Assembly (NCBI GenBank): GCA_002633005.1
Contig: NMRA01000624.1
Span: 49,109-113,108, forward strand
Reading direction: 5' to 3'
From: Phoronis australis
Taxonomy: Eukaryota > Animalia > Phoronida
Length of the DNA stretch: 64,000 nucleotides
The notes under the pieces are model-generated. The model was not told the origin of the DNA. It saw nothing but the letters and a program-made list of their open reading frames with translations, and searched no databases. The position numbers and the translations under genes were made by a program. Below are positions 1 to 13,047 of the stretch, piece after piece; within the stretch, counting starts at the first letter, position 1, and every line of letters starts with the position of its first letter.

Positions 1-981
1 ACAAGCCTTCAAACCTAAAAACCAAAGGTTACGTGAAAACTGACGTGATAGATTTCCATTTCAACGTGTAATAGATTTCCAGAAGACATATGATAGGGAG
101 TAAACAAGTAGTCTAATGCAATGGATATTTATCACTCACGTACCCTTTGCCATTGGGATTGGATTGTAATCTTAACTCATTAACCTGTATCGAGTTGACA
201 GCATAAACATTCAGAACTGATTGATGTAACTGTCACTGATAATTTTTTAGAAATCATTCCAAACAATAATAAGGCTTTCATGTACGAAAACATCCCGATT
301 GCTACGTCAAGTATCGTATCACATATCACAACATACAAAGATTAACCAGACTCTGGCTGGCGACTGACTGCCGCGAAGTCGACATCGGCGAGTGCCTCAG
401 TTAACAGGCACCTGTAGAATAATCATGGAATAGTCGTTAAAATAATCACAAACCTTACCTTTGTATGAGGTCGTGCTTACTTCCTCTCATAGAAGCACCC
501 TTTTTATGCAATTTCAGATTCAGTTGGCACGGCTGCAAGCAATTTCATCATGTATTTAAAGGGCTCGCGAAATCGAGGCTGTTAATCTATCACCACTAGT
601 ACACGCACGCCATCTAGTTATTGTAGATTTTCCGAATAGCCCCATTATCATTATTCTTGTCTTAATCATTATCTTCGTTTACTCGTAAATTCGTGTCACT
701 ATAATAACTAAACAAAAAATCATAGTCATGTTGAAATCATTTCAGGTGAGGTCTGTTCAGTCTCACACGCTTCGTGTAAGACGTCGTCCTTTTGTGCACT
801 ACAAACTCAACCGGCTCTAAACGTCAGAAACGGTCTTTTACGAGGAAAACGTAGAGTAGACATCAATCGGTAATTGAGAACATGACGAGTCTTCAAAATA
901 AAACATAACGTGCGTGCTTAATTAGGCACTACAGTAGGTCATTGATATCCATTAGTATTACGTTATGTTGTCACTTTTTAG

Positions 982-1066
982 ACATGGGACGACGAACTTG
1001 CCATGGTGGCACAACGGTGGGCTGAAGTTTGCCTATTTGAGCATGACAAGAATCGCGAGATACCAG
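982..1066 (+). CDS. Gene A exon: CAP domain ([28 protein letters not shown])
   Basis: tttttag acceptor, gtaaat donor; homologous to 47427-47511. Confidence 0.9.
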
Positions 1067-4000
1067 GTAAATCGTTTACTAGAAATTTCACATTTCGAAT
1101 GTAAACAAAATGGATCGAATAGAATTATTTCAGTTATGAACTTCAGACAAAGTTCACCGACTGCCTAAGATCACTGTCGGCTTAGAGTTATTTAGAACAA
1201 TACTCCAACCCATCCACGAATACATGTAATTCAAAGAACCATTATCGTTCTCCACGAACATTTTAGAATATGACTGTAGGACTATGCGTCGGGGAATCCT
1301 GTCGATCGCTATTGAAATAGACGCCCTCCAGGCTTACCGATGAGCTCCGACACATTCGTAAGAAAGCTCAACTACAAACGACACTGTTTTCACTTTTCTA
1401 ATGCAGCCTACTGTAACTGGAGGAACATTGATTAAAACTTTCTGAGTAAAAGCAGATTGACTAATGAGAAACTTTGAAAAAGCACTGATGGCATTTGTCA
1501 AATTTGCCACAGATTTGACTCTCAAACCTGACCGGATATGTCGAGTTTAATTTTGCAAAGGCTCTTTTAGTTTATGCTTCAGTCGGCCTACATGTACCCC
1601 GCGGCGGCTGACTTCGAAGAGACTTAAATCTAGATCCAAGGGGAAATTTGCTATGTTGCCTTCTCTAATTTGATGGATAAGTTAACGTTATTTGCGGAGC
1701 GGCTTTTGTTGAAGATTGCTAATCCTGGATAGTATGTTGCCATTGTTCTGATGAAAACATTGTTTGTGATATTTCTCATACCTAAGGTCGCTACCAAGTT
1801 GGCCAGAACATTGCGTTCACGACGGATTTAGAAACCGGTTGGTCTGAGATCGTAATGGACTTCTGGGCGTCTGAGAAACAGTATTATAGCCTTGGCGATA
1901 AATGGTCAGGAAAAACGGCGCACTATATACTGGTCAGAGCATAAGTATCATACATGTTGCATTCACAGCTCAACGGTATTACTCACTTTCTTGAATGTTC
2001 AATGTGACAAGAGCTTACAATGATATCGTTCTCCATACCGAGAGCCGACATTTGTGCTTCTTTACCTTCTGACAAGGATGTCAGATTCTAAAGAGCTTTG
2101 ATTTGTTACAATGTATTGATCAACTTTACCAACTAAAATGGTGACCTATTCAAAACGTTGTGTATTACCTTTACAAAATTGCATCTACTTGTCCATGTAT
2201 AAAGTGCAGAAGTCACCTCAACAATGATGCCTCAAAATTTCTGTTTACGACTACAGTTGTATGTTTATTGCGCTCAGAATATCTTACGACATGGATTCAG
2301 CAGTTGCTTCACTGTTGACCATTGTGCATTTGCATGTATTAAACAGGTTTTATCTCTTTACTGAAGCAGGCTTTTTATCACCCCTTATGAAGCTCAGGCA
2401 GCCGGTGGGAAGGACCACCCAAAAGTCTGGATTGGAATTACGGACCGGCAAGAAATGGGAAGTACGGGGCTATGAAAGGTGCGCTATTTTGTGATTAACA
2501 TTGCATAAGAATTTTATATGAACTTGCAGTGGATAGCAGCTTTTTACAGGAGGCACTGTCGGCTGTGTCACAGCAATGTTTTGTACAAGAATCAAACCAT
2601 AGTTTCAAGTTTCAGAACATGTGACGTACAGACGATCACTTTTTTTAAAAAGAGTTCATATGTTTTGACAGTTTTGTAACTAAATGTTCGTCGTTTGACA
2701 CCCAATAGAACACCGACATTCAGTATTTCGATCTACATGTATCATTCATAATGCAAACAATGGTCCGTGCTGTTCATTTTTGTCCGTACTTTGCATTGTT
2801 TGCCCCGTCTTCCCAATGCCAAGGTCCGCTCTTCCATATAACCCTTTATATTACACCAATGATTGTACGTGCGCTTCAATAATCAGGGATCTGGATGACT
2901 TACATGTACATGTATAATCCATAGTAATCAATAAAGTATGCATAACAAACACCTAAACATGCCACGAATATTTAGCAATGAACAAAATGATATCATAATG
3001 AAATGCAAGTCTGAAACCATTCAGTCATCAGTTGTGGAGTGAATCAAACTGTAATTACTTAATTAAAATAATCTAGAACTTCGTTGTCCTCTCTTCGAAT
3101 TCAAAAGGAACATGGCAACTGCGCTCGAGAACAGACTCTTGCTTTGCGTGACACCTGGCGAATCCTGTCACGTGGCCCAAGCAGATGAGATCTTAGATCT
3201 TACCCGACCGTGCTAAGGGCAGGATAGAGCACATTTACATACATGGCTTCTTTATCCCTCTTTCATAGAGTTGCATCCGCTGTGAGGAGAAGGTTGCAAG
3301 TAGTGTTATATCGGGGAAACAGCCGCTGAAAAAAAGATAATGTAGCAACATAAAAAGAAATTCGTCAGCGGTTTACAATCGCCCAGTTCATGTGTTCACA
3401 GCTTCAGTAAAGAGAATTTTGAGATTCTGAGTAGAAAAAAATAACTGGCGCGAAAGAGGTGAAAAAGTAGCCATATACGCCAAAGCGCTCAATCTTTCCC
3501 TTATTAACCACGGGAGTAAGATTCAAGGTCTCGTCTTCTTGGGATGACAGAATCCGCAAGAACTCCTATCTGGAAGCAGTTGCCAACTTCACTGTTCTAA
3601 GTCATTTTAATTCCAGTTGAAACGATTCAATTCACGCCACAAAAGAATATCATAACATAGACGCATAAATAAAGAATACGATAGGTCATGTCAGTGATAT
3701 GTAACCAAGCCTAATTTCACGCAATACATTACTGTTTTTGAAAACTTTACCTAAGTACATTATTGCAGTAGGTAATTAAAATTAAACACATTGTAGATGA
3801 TTTTTAGGATATAAGCTGGCAATATGCCATTATTTCTTTAGATTACGTTCAGAAACCCCTCTTTTCAGGAAGGTTCAGTCTTAAGAAACGACTCTGGTCT
3901 CGCACATTTACGAGTTGCCAGTTTCCTCCAAGACGAACAGCAACTTAACTCGGGAGTTGTAATAAGGTTTGCAGCAGTGAATTTTTTACATGTAAATGAA

Positions 4001-7000
4001 AAGTTCTTTTTCTTGACCCAATGTCATTTGTAAAAACTTTCCGCGAACATTTATATTCGATAGATGGTGTCTGCTCAAACTTATAGAGTTGGGTGCGGTG
4101 AAGCCATCTGCGAAAACATTGGTCACAATTATGTGTGTAACTACGCACCCCGGTAAGTATATGCCTATATTCAATAGCTTGGTTATGTAAACAAGGGTAG
4201 CATCATTATAGTGTCGTTTGGAGAATAATAACATTCATTGCCTTTACTTCAAATGGGGCAAACCTGCTAATTGGTGAAAATTTGCTAAATAATGTAATAA
4301 CATGTCAAAGAAATAAAACCAGTAAACATGACATGTCGTTCGTTGAAGTGTTCGTGTTCAGTTGTCCGGTTAAATGTCAGACGAATTGTAAATGAGACTT
4401 AAGGTCATGTTGAACTGTAGAAAAAGCTTCAAATTTGACAGAACATCATATCTCTGAAATGGCTGATCGGATTCACAATGAAAACCTTTTAGTTAACACG
4501 CGCTCTGTCCAAAATGTTGTGAATGGTTTTGAATGCCCTTCATGAGGATATATCCGAATTAATACATCAAAATAAAATTGATAATGATTTTTATGTAAAA
4601 GCTTTAAAGATTGCACGAAACGAAAATTAATTGATAATTTAAAAATGTTAATAAAAACTGGTCGATATGGTTGTTTTGCTATCAATGTACCTCGAGTTTG
4701 TTTTTGTTAAATTTTACCAAAACGGCATCGTCAGGTGACCCATACTTGTTAACGGATCAGTAAAAAAGTCATGAATCAATATATAAGATTTTTACTTTCA
4801 TTAAATATAATCTTACTGAACTAAAGTCTGGAGTTTTATAGGCAGTTGACTAATTGCGCATACCTCTCACTAAGTCCAACATAACCTTACATTGTGTTCG
4901 TTGATTGCAGTTATTTCTCTGAACATCCTTACAAGCGCGGGACTTTGGGACACGCTTGTCCAGCCACAATAGACAGAGACAGGCTTTGTGGTAAGTGTTA
5001 CGCCATCAATATTTTTGGTTGCCGTTATGCCATTTATTCTAAAAAAACAGCGAGAAAGTAAATTCAGCCTCCACAGTCAATGACTATTAAACCTCCTGAT
5101 CACTTTGCATGGTGGATTCGTTTTACATGTACACAACGAATGTGGTGCAGATTTTAACTTTCAGTAGGCGATTGGGACGCTAATTTATACAACAGACCAT
5201 GGGTTGGTGTTTCGTTTTGTTTCATATTATTTAAATTCGTTATCAGATTGCAGAGGAAAGGTTTGTTACAATGGTGGCATCATTGACCCAAACACATGCC
5301 AGTGCAAATGTAAAGGTTCGTCGACTCTGAATTACAAGCCGGAGAACAACTGCAAGTGTAAGTTATTAGCAGTTCAGTGTCAGGCCTTTTCTCTCGTGCT
5401 CATCATTTCCGTGTAAAAGTCAAATGCATTCAAACGATTATTATGTGCACGTACAATGGGTGTAGGCCTACTAACACGAACTTCATCAGGAAGTGAACTA
5501 CTGCATGTGCCATCAACCAAATACCAATACTTGACTACTGGAGTGCACTACATAATTTGCATAATCTTTTAACCCGTATTCTATGCGCGGGCCCCTGAGG
5601 ATCTCATGAACGGGACAAGATTTGGTTGTCTGATAAAAAATTCGAGGGGCGGCAAGGCGCATGAAATCACCCATGCCAGACAAGTTCGACCTGACAAAGA
5701 TATACCGGAAACACCAAATAACCCTCCCCTTAATTGGCCAGCCAAAACACTACATATAACACGTAAATAAGTGTACAGTTCACCGTGTGCCACTAATATA
5801 GGACCATGCCAGCGCCAATACAGACCCCGACCAACATCAAATCCACTCCATGCTGATGGAAGTTTCAACTAGGTCAGTAGATGTTCGATATACTTGCCAA
5901 CCTAATTATTAACGATTAAGTTGCGTCACGGTGTATACGGAATGACACATACCAGAAAAATGCCATCTAGAAAAGACCCTCCAGAAACACAAAATGGACC
6001 GTCTAAATTTAAATATAGGGTGCCACAAAGCATGTTGACGTATTCGGCGCATGGCGATTACTACTAAACGACTGATGCCGATAGAATACCCACTGGAATC
6101 GGCATGTTAGTAGTTTGCCACTCTCAAGGTTACAGGTAATTTATATAACTTTTTCAAAGCAACGGTTGCAACACACTGAGAGTGAAGTTATCGAAGTCAT
6201 CAAAATCACACTCTGGAAAAGGTCTACGAGGAACTCACATTGACAAACGTTTCCAATGAGCTTGTAGCCAGCATTACACGGAGGGTGGTTCGAATTTCGA
6301 AAACAATGGACCTTTTGATCATATTTCGCAAACATAGACTATTTTATCGGTAGCGCCCTTACGCAGCTAAATCCGGCAGAACGGAAATCCATACACACGA
6401 CGATGACTCTTGATGGCTCCATTTTCGTGAGATGAAACGGAACTCTTAAGCCTACATCCAGAAATGCGGATGCCATAACGGTTACCCGCAGGGAACGGGA
6501 CCCAAATTCTTTGTATTTGTGGTCCGCACAATTCTCTTCCGTAATTACTGAGCATTATCATCTCCCAAATTTTCGACCAATGCGTGCTTTTAAAAATGAA
6601 TGATTATACTCCATCACGTACTAGGAGGGATACAGTTAGTCAGATAATGACTTGAAAAAAGTTTTTTCTGGTTAGACTACTTAAATTGCTAATTGCAATG
6701 GAAATGGGAACAGCCCACAACCCCGAAGACATTAAGGTTCACTACTCCGGAGGTTCACTACCCAGAAAATGTGTGACATTGCGTACTGAGGTGTTATCTT
6801 TATACTTCCATATGAAAAAATACACGTTTCAGTTTAGACGTTGTGGCGTACCTAGTATACCGAGAACAACGCCACTCCTTTCTATATCATAGAACACAGA
6901 AAGTCGTCTTCGATGGCGAGTTCTCAAACTTTCCCCCCAGTTCAATGCTCCAGTGCTCAGTCTTAGGCCTTGCACTCTTTATACTCTATTATAAAGACCT

Positions 7001-10000
7001 TCATGACTCCATTCTTTCAAATGTCCGTCTGCTTGCCGATGATGCAGTCTGCTATATACCTATTGGTTCCCCATGATTGCCAAAGACTTCAACAAAACTT
7101 AGACTCCCTAGACTCCCTGGAAAATGGATTCCAACGTTTCCAAAGGCAATGTTGTACGTCAGTGTCCATAAAAAACGTTCCCCCAACTATACAATTACAG
7201 TCTTCAGAACGCATCGCTCAAATACATAAATCAAGCCCCATATCTTGGTGTCACACTTACTAATAATTTATCATGGAAAACTCACACAGACTCAATCGCC
7301 CGTCTATTGCAAAGAGAACTCTTGACTTGATTAAACAGAATCTCAAATATGCACCTCGTGAAACAAAAGCAATGGCCCACACGTCACCAGTGACTCAAAC
7401 TTGAATATTCCTCCTCCACTCGCTCAAATATTGACAGGATAGAAAGATTTCAGCGTAGAGCAGCCAAGTTCATCCTAATTACCACTCCAGATACTCTTCT
7501 CATGCTCAGTGCTTCGTCTATGCTTACCACTCTCAAATGGCCCACTGTTCAAGGAATACACACCCTGGTTGCCATTTCCAGACATACATGTACCTTCTAC
7601 CCACACATATTTGTAAATCACGTAATTCCTACACTCATACCTGTGAGAGAACACACATTCGCACTGCATACTGCGCAAAAACTTTCTTACCATCTACTTT
7701 TTTAGTGTGGAACACTCTCCCCACATGCCAACTCATCAGAAACAGTAAAGATGTTCACGAGTCACTTCTCAAACATCAACCTTACTCTGTAAATAATGAA
7801 ACTTGTTTTTATCCTCACACTTACCCGTACTTTGTTTGTTCATCATTAACATGCGCCCATACATAAGGATCGGTATATTGATGGTTTGTTGAAACCCGAA
7901 GAAGAGGAAGGTACAGTGTATTACACTTTACCTGTTGAGGTTTCTTGTGCATGCGAAAGTGGGCTCCAATGCATTTCTTATTATACGGAAAAATGAATGT
8001 GTACTTGCAATTTAAAAAGAGCATGAAGTAGGAATATTAATGAATTACTAACCACGATACATTCACCAAATCCATGTCAAGATCGCATCATTTTCCAGAG
8101 CGACACAGAAAAGTTTATCCGCGGCACTTCAGCCTCACCTACGGAAACGGAAATGGGAATGGCCGAGTCGGTACTAAATGCAGTAGGTTACCCTATCCCA
8201 GTCAGTCTTCACCAGATCTGAGAGTCTTATCCTGTCTTCCCCTAATTCGCTGCTACCCAGATATTAAATAAATTATGCCCGGGCCTCAAATGTTGCCCTC
8301 GTTTGAAAATTAGTCATTTTAGATTCGAGAATATCGCGACTGCCAGTGATTGGAGTCATTTTCAAACAACGCAATCAATGTTTTTAGGAACTATTCAATT
8401 TTTGCTACTTTTTATATGGTTACTAAATGGACGCAAATACATGTACAATAGTTTCCACCTCATTAGCAGACATAGTAAACTGTAGGGCTTTTGAACATGG
8501 TTTCGCAATAGTGAGCGTTTGGAATAGTGTTATACACGTACATGTACATGTATGTGACCTTGCGAATTTTTTCCATCAAGTTTGTTGGTCGTATGAAGTC
8601 TTCGAGGTTGTGCACCATCGGCAATAATTTACAAGAGAAGACTTTTCCGAATAATGTGTGGACATGCACGTCGGCTGGATTTTCTCAGTGCAAGAAAACA
8701 TGGTAGTGAAATGTCTGCTTGTTGAGCAACGACACTAGGACTGCTTATTGAAGTTATGCAAACTGTATTAAAATAATGAAAACGCACACATCACATGCAA
8801 GTCAATCTACCAGCACACAACCAAAACGTACACTGAATGAACAGCATACAGTGTACATGTATTTAACGATCTTTTACAATTCGGAAATTAAAAAAGCCTG
8901 CACATCATTATGCTGGCAACTATAAAGAAAAATCAGATAACAAACCTATCTTGTGCTGTTTTGTTGGTTGATGGATTGACCCATTTACATGTACATACTA
9001 CTTTTGTGGACTTGTCGCTGCTATAGTCACCACATATGTTCAGTGTGGTAGTAGGTACGTCCTCTAATCGCCTGCGTGAGCCTGCTGTCATCTAGTACGT
9101 TAACACATGGCAACTTGGTGAAGTTGGTCGGGTAGGGCCCAAGTGATTACGTAAAGCGCTGTGATTAATAAATTAATTTATTACCAAGTTGGCTATTATA
9201 GCAGTTAGTAGAACTGGTAACAACTGCAAAAATTCCTATGCGTAACGGATGTACTAGGGCTGGAGCCTTTTCGCGGGAGGGGTTCGATCGCACCTACCGA
9301 GCCCCCCTGGCTACAGGCCTGCTTTCAATGAGTTTCGCAAGCAATTCAGAGGTGAAAGGGCCAACCGAAACTCCAAGAATGACATCTGCGATCAAGATAT
9401 CTGAGACAGCTGTGTTCTCACAAGAAGAGAGTCCAACTGCACCTGAATCAGGACAACTCACTCGCAAGTCATTTTTCGGGGTCATATAAACTTTGTGTAA
9501 CACATGTTTTTCTGGATGAAACTGGCTTTCAAAATAAGGCACTACCAAAATGCCTTCGCATACTTCTCTACCTGGCGTGTACGGAAAGGATATCATGTAA
9601 GACTTCCAAGATCAAACAAAACAGTCTAAAATGAACCTAATAAATCTTCAGCCTTCACGCTAACTCCAGTAATTTGAAGGGTTCGAAGAATTATGTTGAT
9701 TTTGAAGCAGTGAGAAATCATAGATTAACTATTTTAGTAATTTAATGTTACCCGCTATATATGACAGACACAACGTTTCTGTGGTTTGAATTCTGCTACC
9801 GCTCTGTTTTAAAGAAATGAGTAGTAAGAAATGCAGAACAAAATCGACGCCAGAATGCAGGATGTAAGCGACGTTTCGATATTGACTTAATATTGCCATC
9901 AGGTACAATATTAGACAGGAAGCAAACTATCGTAACAGAATTTTTTACAAATTATCTAACAATATCCGTCAAGTAAAAGCTCTACCACAAACTACAGCAT

Positions 10001-13000
10001 GTACATTGTAAGCTCCAACATTCATATTGAGTGATCTGTCAGCATAAGAGGCCTTTGTACATGTATGAATAATATCATTGTCAAGCTTCTTGACCATGAC
10101 AATAATCGTGCCAGTTTTTTAATTTGTGATTTTTTATGTTCGCCGCAGTATCTCCTGAATTCAAATACTTTTATATGTGAGAGAAGACGCCGCCTTTCAA
10201 TTTTCAGTCAGCCTCGACGTATTCCGTGCAATTGACCATTGCACTGCGTTTGTTTAACTTTTTTTTAGTTAACTCTATACCGGTGAGTTTGGAGGTAATT
10301 TGCTCGAGTCTCTGTTTTCATACAGGCACCGTGAAAATTAAATGGCTACATATGGGTAGTTTCATGACTGATTTTCCAATAAGTTGTTTTTACGCTAATA
10401 GCGAGCCCAAAGCTGTAGGTTGTATTATAAAGCATATCATGGAGAGCCCCGATATCTTCCCACTCTGTTGGCAGTAGGTATGCCTCTAATTAGGATTCAT
10501 CATTTCATTTTTATCAAAAGCAGGGGAAATGCAGATGGTCCCAAAATAACTCCAACACGCTTAAAACTTAATACATACGCTGTAACACGATACAATACAT
10601 GTAGTTTGAGTTGAAGTCCAAAGGTTTTGTGTTGGTTCTTCAGCGGCCAAGAAAGGAAATCTGAATCAATAGAACAATTGAAAAGTTCACATTGAACTAC
10701 TTCTGTATGTCCAGATTATACGTAAATTGCTGAACCCCATTGTAACTTATCGTGTTTGTGGACTGTATGGCAGATGCGTTGGCTCATGATTTTTTGTTTA
10801 TTTAGTATTTTGCAAATCGGCAAAGGACCCGAAGTACTGTAACAGAGCTCCTTTTCGGAACAACTGTAAGAAATACGTCAATGTTCCACAGGAGTGTCCG
10901 TTTATGTGCAACGTATGTGATTGTAAGTATTGCAATGCAATCTTTATCCCTACGCTAATAATATATGTACGTACATGAACACGTACATCACTGTTTTTAT
11001 AATCACTCAACGATTACTAGTTGGTTTTATTTGTACTTTCCAAAAATTTGATTGCTCACGTTATGCGCTCGTATGCGGCTTCTACTGCATGTGCGTAAGG
11101 AATTTCAGTGTATGTGGTCATTCCTGGAACATTTCTTTGAAATATCAAATTTCACCTTGACTTTCCATGCAACATTTTTATTAAGGATTAATCTCTTCTG
11201 TGTTGAGAAGCACGATCTTTTATACACGAACTCAGTACAAAGGACTGGGCAATAAAACGATTTGAAATCACATGAAATAGTAAAAAATAATAGTAAAAGT
11301 GAAACGATGAGCCTCGTTACTAAAATATTTTAAAATATTCCTCGCGTTTCCAGCGACACGCTCTTTGTCAAGCGTACATGTATGATACAGGCTGCCGAAT
11401 AAATGGATATAAATAAAATCGCAGTCACGTGCAGTCACATGTGCAATTTTATTTACAGTATATCCAACTATTCGGAAGTGTGTAGCACACCTTGACAAAG
11501 AGCTCATCGCTCGAAACGTCGGAAATATTTTAATATATTTCAGTACTGACGCTCGTCGTTTTATTATTACTTTTTCACTATTTTTTATTCTTATCTGTCG
11601 GTGAATGCACGGCACTCCAGCATCTATATGGTTTACTTTTGAAATCACATGTTTAAGGATAGCGTGTGACCTCATATACAAAAGGGTTGGGGGATACTGG
11701 TCGTCTTTGGAAGCACTCCCTGCATAAACAGACAAGCGATTTTTAGACGATATCACTTTACTTGAACACAAATTTAAGCAGCCAGTAGTTCATTTTATCT
11801 CAGGTGCGAGTAAACACTAGCACCTATCCAAATTCAATTCACGGGTTGTCGAGCCTAGAATTGCCTGCCTGGCACTTTCTACATTCTTGCTCGGTTGAAG
11901 CGTACCCATTAAATGTACAATCTGTGATGCAAACGCATCGATTGCCGATGTCATTAAAAACATCAGTTGTTCCCACACGTGCTGGTGTTGTTTTCGGAAT
12001 CCCAGAAATTTCAGAAGAATTATCGGTGTAACACCTTTGTTGTTGTTATGAAACTTTCTGAGCCAATAAAACACTCTCTCCCATGCTCGTGACCATCACA
12101 GGATCGGGTTCACTTTTACGGCACTGTATTTCAGGTCATTGGGAATCGTAGGTTTTGAAAGTAACGTTTTGAATGCAATAGTTAGGCCAAATTTTGCAGC
12201 ACAGTGTTTTTGCTATACAGTAATCCGTGCCAGCATTTATATGCGCGGACAAGTCACGTGTCGTTCCAGAGAAAGAATGCTTTGAGCTCGGGCAACGAAA
12301 CGAGTGGAAATATTCATTCGGAAATAATAATTGTGGTCTGTCAAGTTGGATTTTGACCTTGCATATTCAACTTACGTGTAAATACGTGCAAAATAGAAGT
12401 TCATAATTGCTACTAGAACGCAGCGCGCTGCGAAAGAGGTTGCTATGTGTGGAGTGCCACGTCCTAAAGTTATCGATCTCGCTGAAAAAAGTAAAATCAT
12501 TGAATGTTTCTGGTATTTAAATCATTGAACAAGATATTTGAGCTGTTGAAGCAACATCATTGCAGCCAATTTGTTCTATGTATGCTGTATGGTTAAAACG
12601 GTCAACAAATCAGTTTGCCTTCACGAAAACTTTTAATTTAGAACATATACCGATACGAAATAGGTCTCAAATTGTTCCTAGCCAACTTGAAGAGGATTTA
12701 AGGTCTTCGAAAAACTGGTTGTTTGTCCGTACGCATATTCTTCGCAAATGCAGACACCACTTTCCATTCGAGTAAGGAAAAGGTTGTGATCGCTTTACAG
12801 CGGTACGTGGTTTGAGTCAAGTTGTACTGAACGCTGTTTTAAATGAGTGCGTGTGCGGGAAAGGGCAAACCTGTCACTCTATGTTGTCTTTATTTGCATT
12901 ATTTTACTAGGGGCTGGCGAGGACTATACACTAGCTGTGGTGCAAAATGGATCTGATTTCTCCAATCCTTCCTTGACGATGACTGCATTTGCTGTTTGCG

Positions 13001-13047
13001 CAAGGCTCTGTCTGAGAATGGTGGGCGGTGTGCTAAAACAATTTTAA
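982..13047 (+). CDS. Gene A (5'-partial): CAP/SCP-domain cysteine-rich secretory protein with EGF-like and ShKT-like domains; join(982-1066,1787-1932,4064-4152,4911-4990,5247-5357,10806-10922,12911-13047)
   Basis: Seven GT-AG exons splice in frame (765 nt including TAA). CAP motifs [41 protein letters not shown] are present. Exon sizes and phases mirror gene B. Upstream exons lie outside the window. Confidence 0.88.
1787..1932 (+). CDS. Gene A exon: CAP domain ([49 protein letters not shown])
   Basis: cctaag acceptor, gtcaga donor; homologous to 48677-48819. Confidence 0.88.
4064..4152 (+). CDS. Gene A exon: CAP domain C-terminal motif ([29 protein letters not shown])
   Basis: tag acceptor, gtaagt donor; CAP signature YVCNY.P. 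Confidence 0.9.
4911..4990 (+). CDS. Gene A exon: hinge ([26 protein letters not shown])
   Basis: ttgcag acceptor, gtaagt donor; PY..G..C....LC hinge motif typical of CRISP-like proteins. Confidence 0.88.
5247..5357 (+). CDS. Gene A exon: EGF-like module ([22 protein letters not shown]...NNCK)
   Basis: tatcag acceptor, gtaagt donor; C.NGG..D..TC.C.C pattern. Confidence 0.9.
6870..7760 (+). mobile_element. Decayed 5'-truncated non-LTR retrotransposon (CR1/L2-like reverse transcriptase)
   Basis: [12 protein letters not shown]...[17 protein letters not shown]...VRLLADD corresponds to the PQGSVLGP / LFADD motifs; continues [14 protein letters not shown] and [11 protein letters not shown] with frameshifts. 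Confidence 0.85.
9860..10200 (-). mobile_element. Penelope-like retroelement 3' remnant with a degenerate hammerhead motif (9868-9903)
   Basis: Minus strand reads [14 protein letters not shown], resembling the C-terminus of Penelope GIY-YIG ORFs, followed by CCTGATGG..ATATT-aagtc-AATATC-GAAACGTC. Confidence 0.45.
10806..10922 (+). CDS. Gene A exon: C-terminal ShKT-like six-Cys domain ([39 protein letters not shown])
   Basis: tttag acceptor, gtaagt donor; ends in CP..C..C; homologous to 57896-58012. Confidence 0.88.
11490..11522 (+). ncRNA. Minimal type-I hammerhead ribozyme variant (Penelope-associated type)
   Basis: CC-TTGACAAA-GAGC-tcatc-GCTC-GAAAC-GTC-GG: U3-A8 core variant, 4-bp stem II, palindromic ACGT stem III, short CC/GG stem I. 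Confidence 0.55.
12911..13047 (+). CDS. Gene A terminal exon ([45 protein letters not shown]), possible GPI-anchor signal
   Basis: ttttactag acceptor, in frame; homologous to 61137-61324; AATAAA at 13393 and 13527 downstream. Confidence 0.8.

Noticed and set aside
11268-11771. 167-aa minus-strand ORF
   Set aside because: No recognisable motif, non-ATG start, intronic and overlapping repeat-derived sequence
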